Assembly: GCA_013239625.1 (NCBI GenBank)
Contig: MU053559.1
Span: forward strand, 992,001-1,056,000
Origin: Lama guanicoe
Taxonomy: Eukaryota
DNA length: 64,000 bases
Reading direction: 5' to 3'
The notes below the pieces were generated by a model. It did not search any database and had not been told where the DNA came from. It saw nothing but the letters and a program-made list of their open reading frames with translations. This document shows, in pieces, positions 13,406-27,689 of this stretch. Made by a program: the position numbers and the translations under genes. The stretch's first letter is position 1. Each line of letters starts with the position of its first letter.

Positions 13406-14580
13406 GGGGTAAGTAAGGGGGTCTCTATACCACGGCTCGTACAAAATAGACTGCCCGCAAATCGGCCGGTGGTAAAGCACCCAGGAAGCAACTGGCTACA
13501 AAAGCCTCTCGCAAGAGTGCGCCCTCTGCTGGAGGGGTGAAGAAACCTCATCGTTACCGGCCTGGTACCGCGGCCCTCCGGAAATTTAGACGTTATCACA
13601 AGTCCACTGAACTGCTGATTTCGCGAACTTCCCTTCCAGCGTCTGGTGCGGGAGATTGCTCAGGACGTCAGAACAGATCTGCGCTCCCAATGGGCAGCTA
13701 TTGGTGCTTTGCAGGAGGCAAGTGAGACCTATCTGGTTGGCCTTTTTGAAGCCACCAACCTGTGTGCTATCCATGCCAAACGTGTAACAATTATGCCGTA
13801 AGGCATCCAGCTAGCACGCCGCATACGGAGAACGTGCTTCAGAATCCACTATGATGGGAAACATTTCATTCTTTAAAAAAAAAATCTCTTCCTGTTATTG
13901 GTAGTTTTTAACGTTAGATTTTTTTTTTCCCATTGGGTCAAAAGGTACCTAAGTATATGATTCCAAGTGGAGAAATAGGGGACAGAAATCAGGTATTGGC
14001 AGTTTTTCCATTTTCATTTGTGTGTGAATTTTTAATATAAATGCGGGGACATAAAGCATTAATGTAAGTCAAAATGTTTCAGTGAACAAGTTTCAGCAGT
14101 TCAACTTTATAACAATTATAAATAAACCTGTTAAATGTTTCTGGACAATGCCAGCATTTGGATTTTTTTAAAACAAGTAAATTTCTTATTGATTGCAACT
14201 AAATGGTGTTTGCAGCATTTTTATCATACAGTAGACTCCATCCATTCACTATACTTTTCTAACTGAGTTGTCCTACATGCAAGTACATGTTTTTAATGTT
14301 GTCTGTCTTCTGTGCTGTTCTTGTAAGTTTGCTATTAAAATAGATAAACAAGGTTATACTGTATAGCACAGGGAAATATATACAAGATCTTGTGATAGCT
14401 CACAGTGAAAAAGAATGTGACAATGAATATATGTATGTTCATGTATAATTGAAAAATTGTGCTCTACACTGGCATTGACGCAACATTGTAAAATGACTAT
14501 AACTCAATTAAAAATGTTATAAAATAAAATAAAATACATTAAACTAAAAAAATTAATAAATAAAAATTAAAAAGGAAAAA
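13406..14580 (+). pseudogene. H3-3A: Histone H3.3 (H3-3A/H3F3A) processed pseudogene
   Basis: CDS remnant 13432 to ~13840 with ATG>ACG, TAG at codon 6 and frameshifts; H3.3-diagnostic S31 and AAIG; long 3'UTR matching H3F3A as recalled (GAATCCACTATGATGGGAAACATTTC...); degenerate poly-A. Confidence 0.93.
14343..14529 (+). mobile_element. 5'-truncated young L1 tail inserted in the H3-3A 3'UTR
   Basis: Interrupts GCTATTAAAATA|CATTAAACT; TAAAATA repeated at 14336-14342 and 14530-14536. Confidence 0.85.
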
Positions 14581-15094
14581 GATGCAAATATTTTAGTCTT
14601 ATATCAAACATTTCTGTTCAGATTAATTCTTAAAATTTATGTCATGCTAAAGCATAAGAAACAAAAAAGGCTAAGATGGTAAAACCCATCCCATCCTCAA
14701 TGTGAGGTTTTAATTCAGATAATATCCTTACATTTCTAGAGCACCACTTTTTTTCTTTCTTTCTCTCTCTCTCTCTCCTTTTTTTAAAATAATTAATTAG
14801 CAGATTTTCAGGTTTAATCCAAGAATCTGAATGTGTTAGTATTTGCACAAACTAATAGAAATCTAAGCTGAGTTAAAGGATTTTTTTTCCCATTTATGTC
14901 TTCAAAATGCACGCGTTTCACAGTAGGCTGAGGCTTTGCAACTTGAGGTGTATTCTAGATATACAATATCAACTATATTATATACAGAAGTTTGTTGAAA
15001 TCGTATACCTTAAAGCCAAAGACTCATCCACCGGATCAAGTAGTTGCAGCGTTTGTCATTTCCTTTAAAGCCTGACAGCATCGGCAGCAAGATG

Positions 15095-15545
15095 GGAAGG
15101 TGGTATCGCAGGCGAGGTTCTCTAACCAGCAGGCCCTGTGATGGAGTTTGGTGTGCAGACTGTTTTTTGGAAATGTTCTTGGTATCAGTGCATGTGGAGG
15201 GGAGGCAGAGAGGCCAGAATAGACAGGGGGACAAGTTGAGTTATTACATGCAATCCCTAGGATAGCTTTGGCTGAACACGCAGGAAAGCTCTAGAGACAG
15301 GCTGGCTCATCAGACATTTCCTGAGCTGGGCTGAGGGTAGCCACGCCTTTATCCCCCCATATGGGTCAATGACTGGGCGTTGACCGCCCTAGGAGGGCAT
15401 GGCCTTGTGCGAGGAGGCTCTCTGAGGCTGGAGCAACCCCTGAAGGGACTGATGGTTGAGGACTGCGCTCCCAGAGCTCCCGGAAGCTGGGGCCACACGT
15501 CTTTGCTTGAAGGGGGATCTAGGTACCACATCAGAGTGTCCACCA
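15095..15545 (-). mobile_element. Old MaLR LTR (MLT1F/G/H-like)
   Basis: cagtcattg/ctgggg/gggggatct...caccac-type motifs of minus-strand MLT1. Confidence 0.6.
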
Positions 15546-15564
15546 TTGGTGGATTGTTTTTTTT

Positions 15565-15955
15565 CCCCTAGCTTTATTGAGGGATAACTGACAAATAAAA
15601 ATTATATATACTTAAGAGGTACAAGGTGATGCTTCAACACACCTACACATTATAAAATGATTACCACAACCAAGCTGTTTAACATATACATCACCTCGCA
15701 TAGTTGGCATTTTTTGTAGTGAGAACATTTAAGATTTACTCTCAGCGAATTTCAAGTATATAATATATTATTAACTATAGTCACCATGCTGTTCATTAGG
15801 TGCCCAGAATTTTTCATCTCATAACTGAAGGTGTGTATCTTTTTTTTTTCAATCGGAGGTACTGGGAATTGAACCCAGGACCTTGTGCATGCTAAGCATG
15901 TGCTTTACCACTGAGCTATACCCACCCCCTGAAGGTGTGTACCTTTTGACCAACA
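15565..15955 (-). mobile_element. L1MA-type 3' end carrying a nested tRNA-Ala SINE (about 15841-15929)
   Basis: L1 3'UTR motifs; SINE flanked by direct repeat CTGAAGGTGTGTA. Confidence 0.85.
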
Positions 15956-16399
15956 TAGGTGGGTTGATTTTAATTAACACCTAGGACAATGAGTTGTTCT
16001 AATTGAGGATTCCCACAGCAAGGACAGTGAGCTAGCATTTGTTCAGAAAGCCCTCGCTCTGGAAGGCTACTGGTGGTGGTTCTTTTACGTTATCTCTGAT
16101 CAACACTTGAGGCTTTGCTAATTTGTATAATGAATATTTAAAATGTCTTTTCATTTGCAAAATTAGCGCTTGTCATTAGTTTGTGGATGTCAGAAACCGG
16201 CTCCCAGTGGTCAGATTGCTGGGATTCAGGATCTGTACACCAAATGAAATATTTAGGGAAGTCCCTGCGCTACCATGGATTAAGCTGCAACCAGCCTACA
16301 CTGAGGGATGGCTCAGAGGGACATGTGTTTGCACCTCTGTGTCATAGACAGTACATATCCTTAAAGTCATTAGATAACGCCAGGCTGTTTCCAATAAAG

Positions 16400-17160
16400 G
16401 TGCACCTGTTTAGTTTCATCAAACTTTAAAATGCTTGACAATCTGTTGGGTGTATGGTAATTACTTACTGTGGTTTTAATTGGCCATTTCCCTATTAGTA
16501 GTAAAATAGAGCTCTTTTTCATCTGAACTTTCTCAATTACAAGTTGCCTGTACCGCCCTTATATATTGGGTTGGTCATTTTTATATCGATTTGCAAAAAC
16601 TCTTTTCACATTCTAGATAAGAGAACTTTCGTAGCTCTGTACGTTACAAAGACTTTCTTCCATTCTGTGGCTTGTCTCTTTATTCCAATTACAGTATAAT
16701 TTGATGAACAAGTCTCTTAATTTAATACAGTAAAATAAATCACACTTTCATTTAAGATTTGTGATTTGGAGTTTTTGCTTAAAAAGAAATTCCTTACCAC
16801 CAAGTCATGATGATGTCTCCCTACCTTATCTATCAAAGGCTTTATAGTTCTGCTTTTCGTATTCAGATCTGTAATGCCCTGCTAGTTTATGCTTAGTGGA
16901 TAGTGTGAAATAGAGAACCAATTTCAGGCTTTTCCAAAGGGATACACAATTGGCCCCGAGCCATTTATTGAAAAGGCTTACCTTCCCCATTGCTCTGTAA
17001 TAACACCTCGTTCATAGGTCAAGGGTCCGTGTTGGACATACTGCTGTACTTTCCATTCAACTTCATTTATTTGCTTATTCATCCCTGCACTATTACCACA
17101 TTGCCCTAGTTTATATTCCTCTGGTGGAACAAGTCTTCCAAACTTGCATTTCTTCAAGAA
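16400..17160 (-). mobile_element. Old L1M ORF2 fragment
   Basis: Degenerate ORF2 motifs (agccatttattgaaa...ccattgctct). Confidence 0.7.
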
Positions 17161-17349
17161 GACCATCAACACAACCTAAGACCACCTAAAGCAAGAATGC
17201 AAATACAGACCACATACCATATATATCAGTATTTAAAAGTTATATATCAAATTAAAAATTTAAATAAACATGTTGTCTCTTCCAATCTTTTGACAAAAAA
17301 AAAACCCTTCATAATGACCAACTACAGGGTTATTCACACTTCAAAAAAT

Positions 17350-20300
17350 TAGTTTTAAATTGACAGAATAACTGAGCATAGAGTTCCATATATCCATGGC
17401 CCCCACATCCTTCCTGCCGCTGGTACAAGTTTCCCCTATTACTAACATCTTGCATTAATGCGGTACATTTGTTACAAATAATAAATCAATATTGATACAA
17501 TATTATTAATTAAAACTCATAGTTTACATTAGGATTCACTCTTTGTATTATTCAGTTTTATGGGTTTTGACAAATGCATGATATGTATGCAGCATTACAG
17601 TATCATATTTGATAATTTCGCCACCCTCAAAATCTCCATGTTTTACCTATTTATCCCTTTCCTCCCTTACCCTGAACCCGGCGCAATCACTGATCTTTTA
17701 TTGTCTCTGTAATAGTTTTGCCTTTTCCAAAATATCACATGCTGGGAATCATACAGTATGTAGCTTTTCAGACTGGCTTCTTTCACTTAGCAATATGTGC
17801 TTAAAATTCATCTATGTCTTTTCGTGGCTTAATAGCTCATTTCTTCTTATCACTGAATCATATTCTATTGTATGAATGTACCACGGTTTGTTTGCCTCTT
17901 CATCTATAGAAGGACAATTTGATTTCTTTTCGTTTTTGCCATGTGCTTTTTGGTATGGACGTAAGTTTTCAACTGAGTTGGGTAGTATGATAAGACTATG
18001 TTTAACTTTGTAAGAAACTGCCAAACTGTTCTCCAAACTGGTGCCATTTTGCATTCTCACTAGCAATGAATGAGCATTCCTGTTGCTCTGCATCCTCCTC
18101 AGCATTTGATATTGTCAGTTTGTGGATTTTAGCCATTCTAATAGGTATGTAGTTGCAGCTCATTTTTTTTTCTGTTTCTTTTTTTAAGTTTATTTTTGTT
18201 CTTTGTTATTTTAATTTGCAATTCCCTAATTACACACGATGTTGAATATCTTTTCATATGCTCATTTGTCATTTGTATATTTTCTTTGCTCTTTGTTCTG
18301 TTCATGTATTTTGCCCACTTTTAATTGGGGTGTTTGTTTTCTTATTGTTGAGGTTTAAGAGTTATTTGTTTATTTTAGATGCAAACCCTTTATCAGATAT
18401 ATGTTTTGTAAATATTTTCTCTGAGTCTGTGGCTTGTCTCTTTATTCCCTGAACAGTTTCTTTTGCAGAGCAAAAGTTTTTAATTTTAATGAAGCCCAAC
18501 TTACCCATTTTTTCTTTCATGGATTGTGCTTTTAGTATTAGATTTAAAAACTCATTGCCAAACCCAAGGTCAGTCAGGTCTTCTCCCATGTTATCTTCTA
18601 GAAGTTTTACAGTTCTGCATTTTACACTTAGGTCTAAGATCCATTTTGAGCTAATTTTTGTGAAAGGTGTAAGGACTGTGTCTAGATTCTTTTTTTATAT
18701 TGATGTTCAATTGTTCCAGCATCATTTGTGCAAAGACTATCCTTTCTCCATTGAATTGCCTTTGCTCCTTTTTCAGAGATCAGTAGGCTGTATTTGTATG
18801 GGTTTGTTTTGGGGCTCTCTATTCTGTTCCATTCATCAATTTGTCTATGCTTTCACCAATACCAATGATCTAAATTAATGTAGCTTTATATTAGGTCTTA
18901 AAGTTTGGGAGTCGGTCTTCTGACTTTTGTTGTTCTTCAGTATTTTGTTGGCTATTCTGGGTGTTTTGCCTCTCCATATAAACTTTAGAATCAGTTTGTC
19001 AATATCCACAAAATAACTTGTGTGGATTTTGATTAGGTGTTGAATCTATAAATCAAGTTGGGGAGAATTGACATCTTAACAGTACTGAATCTTCCAATCC
19101 ATGAATACCGAATATCTCTTCATCTATTTAGCCCTTCTTTGATTTTTTTTATCAGAGTTTTGTAGTTTTCCTTATATACATTCTGTACATATTTTGTTAG
19201 ATTTATACCTAAGTATTTTTCTTGATGTTAATGTAAATGGTATTCTGTTTCTAATTTCAAATACCATTGTTCATTGCTGGTACATAGGAAAGCAATTGAC
19301 TTTTACATATTAATTTTATATTCTGTGACCTTGTTTAATTGCTTATGAGTTCCAGGAGTTTTTGGTTGATTCTTTGGGATTTTCTATATAGACAATTATG
19401 TCATCTGTGAATAGAGAATTTATTTTTTCTTTCCCAATCAATATAACTTTTATTTCTTTTTCTTGTGTTATTGCATTAGTTAGGACTTCCAGTACAATGT
19501 TGAAAAGGAATGGTGAGAAGGAAAATCCTTGCCTTGTTCTTGATCTTAAAGGGAAAGTTCTAGTTTCTCAGTCTTAAGTATGATGTTGTCTGTAGTTTTT
19601 TTTTTTGTAGACCTTCTTTATCAAGTTGAGGAAGTTCCCCTCTGTTCCTATTTTGCTGAGAGCTTTTATCATGAATGGGTGTTGGGTTTCATCAAATGCT
19701 TTTTCTGCATCTAGTAATATGGTCATATGATTTTCCTCTTTAGTCTGCAGATATGATGAATAACATTAATTGATTTCCAAGTATTGATCCGGCTCTACAT
19801 ACCTGATATAAATCCTACTTGGTTGTGGTATATAGTTCTTTGCTGGATTCCGTTTGCTAATATTTTGTTGAAGATATTTGCATGTATGTTTATGAAAGAC
19901 ATTGCTCTACAGTTTTCCTTTATTGTAATGTTTTTATCTGATTTGAGTATTAGGGTAGTGATGACTTTGCTGAATGAATTGGGAAGTATTCTCTCCATTT
20001 CCGTTTTCTGGAAGAGATTACAGAGAATTGGTATCATTTCTTCTTTAAATGTTTGGTAAAATTTGCCAGTGAAAACATCTGGGCCTGATGCTTTCTGTTT
20101 TGGAAGGTTATTACTTATTGATTCAATTTCTTTAGTAGAAAGACCTATTCAGATTATCCCTACTTAGTATGAGTTTTGGTAGATTGTACCTTTTAAGGCA
20201 TTTGTCCATTTCATTTAAGTTTCAAATCTGTGGACATAGAGTAGTTCATAACATTCCTTTATTACCCTTTTAATGTTGATGGGGTTGCTAGTGATGGTCC

Positions 20301-22390
20301 CTTTTTCATTTCTAATATTAGTAATTTGTATCTATTTTCTTTTTCTTCTTGGTTAGTCTGGCTATAGGTGTATCAATTTTATTGATCTTTCCAAAGAAAC
20401 AAATTTTGGTTTTGTTGATTTTCTATGTTGCTTTACTGCTTTCAATCTCATTGAATTCTGCTCTAATTTTCATTATTCTTTTTCTCCTACTTGCTTTCTG
20501 ATTGCTCTTCATTCTAGGTTTTTTCTAGGTTTTTAAGCTGAAAGCTTAAGTTATTGATTTTAGGTATTTCTTCTTCTCTAATGTATGTATTTAATGTTAT
20601 AAATTTCCCTCTAAGCACTGCTTTTACTGCATCCCATAGATTTTGATAAGGTACATTTTCATTTTCATTTAATTCAAAACATTTTAAAATGTCTCTTGAG
20701 AGTTCTTTTTTTTTTTGACCCACGTGTTATTTAGAAGTATGTTTTAAATCTCTAAATATTTTGAGATTTTTTTTCTAGCTATCTCTCTGTTATTGGTTTC
20801 TGTTTTAACCCACTGTAGCCTGAGAGCATATTTTATATGATTTTTGTTCTTTTAAATTTGGTCACGTGTGCTTTGTGGTATTCTCTGAATTTCCTGGATT
20901 TGTGGTTTGGTTTATATCAATAAAATTTGGGAAATTCTCAGCCATTATTATCTCAAATATTTCTTCAGCTCCTTTTTTTCTCCTCCTGGTATTCCCAGTA
21001 CATTTATGTTACATCTTTAATAATTTTCCGAGTTATTGGATATTCTGTTCTGTTCTTCTCATTCTTTTTTTTTTCTTTCTGCATTTCAGATTTGGAAGTT
21101 TCTATTGACATATCTTCAAGGTCCCTGATTCTTTCCTTGGTCCTGTCCAGTCTAATGATGAATCCATCAAAGGCATTCATTTCTGTCACAGTGTTTTTGA
21201 TTTCCAACAGTTCATTTTGATTCTTTCTAGAGTTTCTCTCCGGTTATACTACCCATCTGTCCTTGCATGTTGTCCACTTTTCCATTAGAGTCTTTAGCAT
21301 ATTATCATAGTTATTTTAAATTCTTGGTCTGACCATTCCAAACCTATGCCATATCTGAGTCTAGTTCCATTGCTTGTTTGGTGTCTTCAGAACTTTTTTT
21401 TTTTTTTTGCTTTTTAGCACGCCTTGTAATCTTTTGTTAAAAGCTATACATGATACACTGGGTAATGGTAACCAAGGTGCATAGGCCTTTAGTGTGAGGT
21501 ATTATGTTGATCTGGCTAGGAGCTAAGCTGTGTTTACAGTTCGTTGTAGCTTCAGGTTTCAGAGGCTTCAATTTCCTCTAATGTCCTTGTTTTATCTCCC
21601 CTGTTGTCTTTGGGTTTCCCTAGAAACTTCTTAAATGGAGACTAAGGTTTGCAGTTCTTTTAGCTTGATCTACTGTTATACAGGATCCCTGTTGATATGA
21701 TGGCTCGATGTGGGAGGAGGAGAAACATTGTATACTCACATGATTAGGTCTCTATCCTTCAGTGACCCTGTGCCCCTGGCCTGTGACCTGCATAAGTGTT
21801 TCTCAGCTTCCCCTCCTTAGTTGAGATAAAAAGCCTGGCGGGAACGAACGTCAGGTAATTTCCCTTCCTCCAAGATGGACAAGGCTCTGGCAAAGTCTTT
21901 TCCCTTGTGGGGTAGTTCTTTGCTATGGGATTGATATTCTGGGAGAACACTCATGGGAGAATATTCTGGAATTATTTCTGAATGGTTACTTTTTCCCCTC
22001 CCCCAGCCAAACACTAAGGGGATTTTCTCCAGGCTTCATAGTGAGAACCTGAAGGGGTATCTACATGTAAAAACCCATCTAAATATGGAGGCCCTCCTCC
22101 TTAGACTGGGCTCCCAAGAGCTTTTAATCCTCAAGCTGTCCACCCTCAGCCTCCAGCAATTCACTGAAGTCACCGTTTAGGCTTTCCTACTGTTTATTGG
22201 CTCCAGTGATTACTGCTTTAGGTAAACTGATCTGAATTCTCTGTATTTGTGGGTCTCTCCAGTTTTGGGGCTGGAAGTTTGTCCTGTGACTTCTGTTCTC
22301 TGATGGATCTAAGAAAAGTCATGGAATTTTGGTGTGATCAACATTTTTCTTGTTGCGAGTACAAGAGAGACATCTTCCAGTTCTTTACAG
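17350..22390 (-). mobile_element. Long L1MC/MD element with internal deletion
   Basis: 3'UTR; ORF2 remnants (PILCNLFQK...NKILANGIQQ...[26 protein letters not shown]); ORF1 coiled-coil remnant at 21004-21207; 5' region. Confidence 0.92.
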
Positions 22391-22999
22391 GTTGGAGCAG
22401 CTGTAGTTTTAATATGACTGAAAGTCAGCAAAAAGTTATAGGTGACTAAATGTAATTATCATTGCCCATATGTGTTCTGTTGATCATAGCTGATACTTGG
22501 ACAAATATTAAAATATGAATTTATATAAAATGTTTATGTTATTACATGTACAGTCCATATAGTTTATTTTCCTTCAATTTAGCAAAAATACTAAAATGAA
22601 GATTTCATGAAATTTTGTTTGTATTGACAATATAAACTGAAGGATTAAAAATAAAATCCAATTAAAATAAATGTACAAAATTTTATATATATTCCATCAT
22701 AATATAATTTAAGGGAAATAGAAAAATAAAATGCTTTTTTTTTACATTTAAAATTATTTGCTTCAAAAATACTCAATATATTATGTGCCTGAAGATGTGT
22801 TACGAAGTTCAGTAGGACGTTCAAAGCTTCCCTTTAAAGTATTTTGACCAATCGTCTTGAATTTGAATCAAACCAAGCTTTTAGATTACATGACTGTTTG
22901 CATTTGTCAAAACTCATAGAACTGTAAAGTTAAAAAGATGATGTTTACTGTATATAAATTATACCTCAATAAATATGGCTTTAAACAGTACTCAATATT

Positions 23000-23184
23000 T
23001 GGCTGCCTTTTTGCTCCCTTATCTTTGGAGACGGCCCGCACTCTGCCTATGGAGTGTGTACCTACTTTTACTCTAACCTGAGCACCCAACCCCCACACCT
23101 CATGGCCTTTTTCTTGCCTCTTGAAACAGCTTACACCCTATGCACTGTGTATCTCTCTAAATAAATCTACCTTTACTCAAAAAA
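23000..23184 (+). mobile_element. Polyadenylated LTR-like fragment with long TSD
   Basis: Ends AATAAA(23160-23165)-tctacctttactc-A7; TSD AGTACTCA(A/G)TATT at 22987-22999 and 23185-23197. Confidence 0.7.
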
Positions 23185-23299
23185 AGTACTCAGTATTAAC
23201 TGTTAAAGGGAAAATGTAAGTTATAATTGATAAATTATAAATTAAAAGCTTTAATGTGCATATAAATCTTATTTTCTAAATTTTATCCCCCATTAAAAG

Positions 23300-24460
23300 C
23301 AACCTGGGGAAAGGGAAACAGATGAAGTTGGAACATCTTGTTGCACAATTAAGTAAGGATGCGCTCAAACAATGATGGAGACATGTCAAAAGGACACAAA
23401 AGCCAGCTCTCAGGGGCTCCCATTGGTCAAATATGGGATTATTGGAGCATTAAAATAGATGTTCATAGTAAAAGATTATAACCACTTTAATAAACTAAGA
23501 ATCCATAAATTCGTATGGACAATAAGTATACACACACATCTCTACACACACACAAACAAACAAATAAATAAATGTACATCCGTTTGGGCTGCTAAAACAA
23601 AATACCATAGACTGAGTGGCTTAGAAACAACAGAAATTTATCTCTCACAGTCCAGGAGACTGGAAGTCAAAGATTAGGGAGCCAGCATGGTTGGGCTCCC
23701 GTGAAATTCTTCTTCTGGGTTACGGACTGTCAACTTCTCTCTGTGTCTTCCCTCGGTGGAAGGGAAGAGGGCGGTCTCTGGGGGTCTCTTTTATTCCATG
23801 CACGAGGGCAGAGCCCTCATGACCTAATCACCTCCCAGAGACCCCACCTCCTAATACCATCGCGGTGGGTTAACGTTAGGTTTTCAACATACGAATTTGG
23901 GGGGATACAAACATTCAATCTAAACGAGGTGCCTTACATTAGGAAACAATTATTAAATGTAGATAGAGTAATAGAGTTATGATAGAGTTAGAAAATCATT
24001 ATTTTCAACCATTCTTGATTTAGGCAAGAATAAATGAATACTAAATGGGAGGGAAGGAGTTTGAATCTACAAAACATCCTATTCATCATCAAAGTTTCTC
24101 CCTACAAGATACTTATTAATTAGGGAGAGAGAAACAGTAACTTTACAATAGAAAAACCTAGCAACCATCACCTTACCTACGTGATCCAAGCTAATATCAG
24201 AACAAATCTATTGTTCAAGATTAAAAGTGACTAAGAAAAATGTGACAATTAAGTGCAACGTGTGATTCTGGATTGTATCTTGGACCAGGAAAATAACTGC
24301 TTTAAAAAGCATTATTAGGAAATTTGGCAAAGTTTGAATAAGGACTGTAGATTAGATAATATTTATATATGTTAAATGTCCTGAATTTGATAACTGAATT
24401 GGGATTTTGTAAGAGAATGCCCTTGTTAGTAGCAGATACACTCTGAGATATTTGATAAAA
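23300..24460 (+). mobile_element. L1MC 3' region with a nested minus-strand MLT1A-like LTR (about 23573-23925)
   Basis: L1MC 3'UTR motifs; gggctgctaaaacaaaataccatagactgagtggctta MaLR terminus. Confidence 0.75.
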
Positions 24461-25199
24461 TTTTAATATGTATATTGATTCATATTATATTGAAAACAAA
24501 CATAAGATTTCAAGGCAAGTTATTATTACAGGCATAACTACATCAATTTCCTGTTGCCCTAGTTCTTCGCTCTTCTGGGGCAACGCAGTAAGAGCCAGAT
24601 GGACAGACCTGCAACACGGGAGTTGGGCTACAAGAGAGGAGCACCAAAATTAGGAATCTTGGAGCTTACATAAGAATAGGACAGCTGCCCACCCACTTCC
24701 CTTCTGAGAGAGAAGGAGAACCATGGCACCAGAGTCCAAGTCTTTCAGAATCCTGTGGAATGTAAACAATGGGCTCTGGGTTTCATCTCACTTTGAAAGG
24801 TAAACACATACCTTTGGGATGGTTAATTTCTCCCTCTGGTCTCCTACTATCTAATCACCCTTTAGCTTTCAATGCTTGTCTTTTAGCCAAAATTTCTTTG
24901 CTCAGAAAACCGTAATTATGCAGAAACATGAAAATATTTTCTTATAGTCCAACAGTATTCAAGGGTAAATGGAAATCATGCCTGAAATATTATATACATA
25001 CATATATATATACACACACCCGTATAATTGACACACACACATATATATGGATAGAAAAAGAGAAGGATAAGGCAAATGAGGCAAAAAGTTAACAAATGAG
25101 GAATCTGGATGAAGGATACACAGGCATTCTTTCTGCTATTCTTGCAAGTTTTCTGTTCAGTTTGAAATCATTGCAAAATAAACATTGAAAAATGTAAAA

Positions 25200-26385
25200 G
25201 AGAAAACAAACTTATGGTTACCAAAGGGGAAAGGGAGAGGAGGAGAGATAAATCAGGAGTATGCGTTTCACAGGTATAAACTACTACACATAAAATAGAT
25301 AAGCAACAAGGATTTGCTGTATAGCACAGGGGAATTCAATATCTATATTCAATATCTCATAATAACCTCTAACGGAAAATAATCCGATACATGTATATGC
25401 AACTGAATTCATTTTGCTGTACATCTGAAACTAACACAATGTTGTAAATCAATTATACTTCCATTTTTAAAAAGTAAAATAAAATGTGGTGGGTAAGGGA
25501 AGAAAGACCCCATCCTGGAATTAGAGAATGCTTACAAACCTAGGTATTCTATATGTACAGTCCACTTCTACATATGTGGGACTTACATGTCAACAGGTTT
25601 GGCTCAAGGGTTTCCTGACCTTTCCTTTCTGGTGCCCAAAGTTCAGCAGATGACCTGGTGTTGTCTGCAAGGAGTTTGATGAGGGCACCAATCGAAGGAC
25701 ACTGAGGAAGCCAATGCCCAGAAGGCAGAAGCCAGAAGACAGTTGCAGTGGTGGGGGAGATGAGGTCTCCCTGGAGAATAGCTGGAGGGTGAAATCTAAA
25801 AAATAAAACAAACAAATGAATTAGCAAAACAGAAACAAACTCACAGATACAGAGAACAAACAAGTGGTTACCAGTAGGGAAATGGAAGGGGGGAGGGTCA
25901 AGATAGGCGTAAGAGATTAAGAGATACAAACTATTACGTACAAAATAAATAAGCAACAAGGATATATTATACAGCATAGGGAAATATAGCCATTATTTTG
26001 TAATAACTTTAAATGGAGTATAATATATAAAAATATTGAATCACTATGTTGTACACCTGAAACTAATATTGTAAATCAACTATACTTCAACATAAAAAAA
26101 AAAAGAATAACAGACTCACAGACATAATAAACAAACTTAGGGTTACCGGGCGGGAAAGGGGATGGGGAGAGATAAATTGGGAGTTCGAGATTGGCAAATA
26201 CTAACTACTATATATAAAATAGATAAACAACAAATTTCTTCTATATAATACAGGGAACAATATTTGATATCTTGTAGTAACCTATAATGAAAAAGAATAT
26301 GAAAATGAATATATGTATGTATTGTGCTGTACACCAGAAATTGACACATTGTAAACTGACTATACTTCAATTAAAGAAAAAAACA
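25200..26385 (+). mobile_element. Three clustered L1 3' ends (25200-25475, 25790-26100, 26105-26385)
   Basis: Each has acaaacttatggttacc...aaaatagataa...ctatacttcaa plus an A tail. Confidence 0.88.
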
Positions 26386-27689
26386 GAAACAAAAAACCAA
26401 ATAGATCTTTTAAAAAAAGAGTTGGAAAACTAAAGAATAAAGGGGGTTTAGCCAAGTGACTGCTGGATTTGGGAAGATTAGAGACCCTACCTAGAGGGGA
26501 TAAAATAGTAAGAGTTCTAGTTTCCTGATAAGAAAGACCTTGTCATCTAGATTAGGCAGGCAATCCTTTTTTGTGTGTTTAGTGGGGGAGAGTTCAGGTG
26601 TGAAAAGTGCCTGAAACATAAAAGAAATCTAAATATTTGTGTAATAAATGAGCAAATGATCTTTTAATTCAAAATATATGTTAATGACAGAAAGTCATCA
26701 GACAGGGTTCCCCCCCTCACTGCCCCCTGCCCTGAAATTGAGATAAAAACAACAGCACATCATAGTGCAGTTTTTAAACTTCGTTTCTGGAAAAGAGACT
26801 CATGCCTTCTTCATGTAAGTGGGTTCCACTGAAAGGATAAAAAGAACCAATTAGATAAAGGCTAAATGAATCCTTTTCATGCTGGTTATTTTATACTGTT
26901 CTAAAAATTCTCTTAATAAAGATTTTCAAAAGTTGCTCAAATGTTTTGAATCTTTTTGATAAGCATTATTTACTTCCTGTCTCTTTATTCTTCTATATTT
27001 TCTCTTTTTAAAAATGGAATATTCAAAACAAAAGGACTACACAAACTGTAAAATCTGGGAAATAAAAGAATGTAGCAAAATCAGCCATAAACTCGTCATT
27101 AATTACCATTGTTGACCATGATGATGTATTTCTTTTTAATGCATTTTTCTCGAGTGTTTATGTTCTATGTCTGTATATCTTTCAAGTACATTTTAAATGA
27201 GAATAGGAATCTTAGGGGAATAAAAGCTGCAATATAAAATACTTGCATGGTAATTCACATAACGGGGATGGTTTCCCAAGCTGCTAGTTATTCTTAGAAA
27301 CCATTTCTTCTGCCTCCTTGATTAAAAGGAAGTGCAGACACCATCTGTTGTTCGCTGAACAGCTGTAACTGGAACCTGATAGCCCTGTGGGTGGAGTGTG
27401 GGAGGTAGGAGCCCTCATTCCTGATTTCCTAACTGGTGTCTGCAATGTCTTCTGTGTATGCCTGATAGAGGCTCAGAACACAGGGCCCTCTGCTGGGCTG
27501 TGTGCAAAATCCCATTCAGGGAACTTTCTGGAAGGAAACAAGCCAGGGAAAATGTAAGGAAAAAATTTTGAGAACCAGAGAGAACAACTCAGTATACATT
27601 TGATTTTGTATACAATTCAGAAACTGCTCGAAAGATAACAATATTTAGATCATGAAATTAGAAAACTCATTTTTCTTCTTCCTTTTTCT

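Noticed and set aside
13537..13725. Functional histone variant ORF
   Set aside because: Fragment of a pseudogene with lost start, early stop and frameshifts
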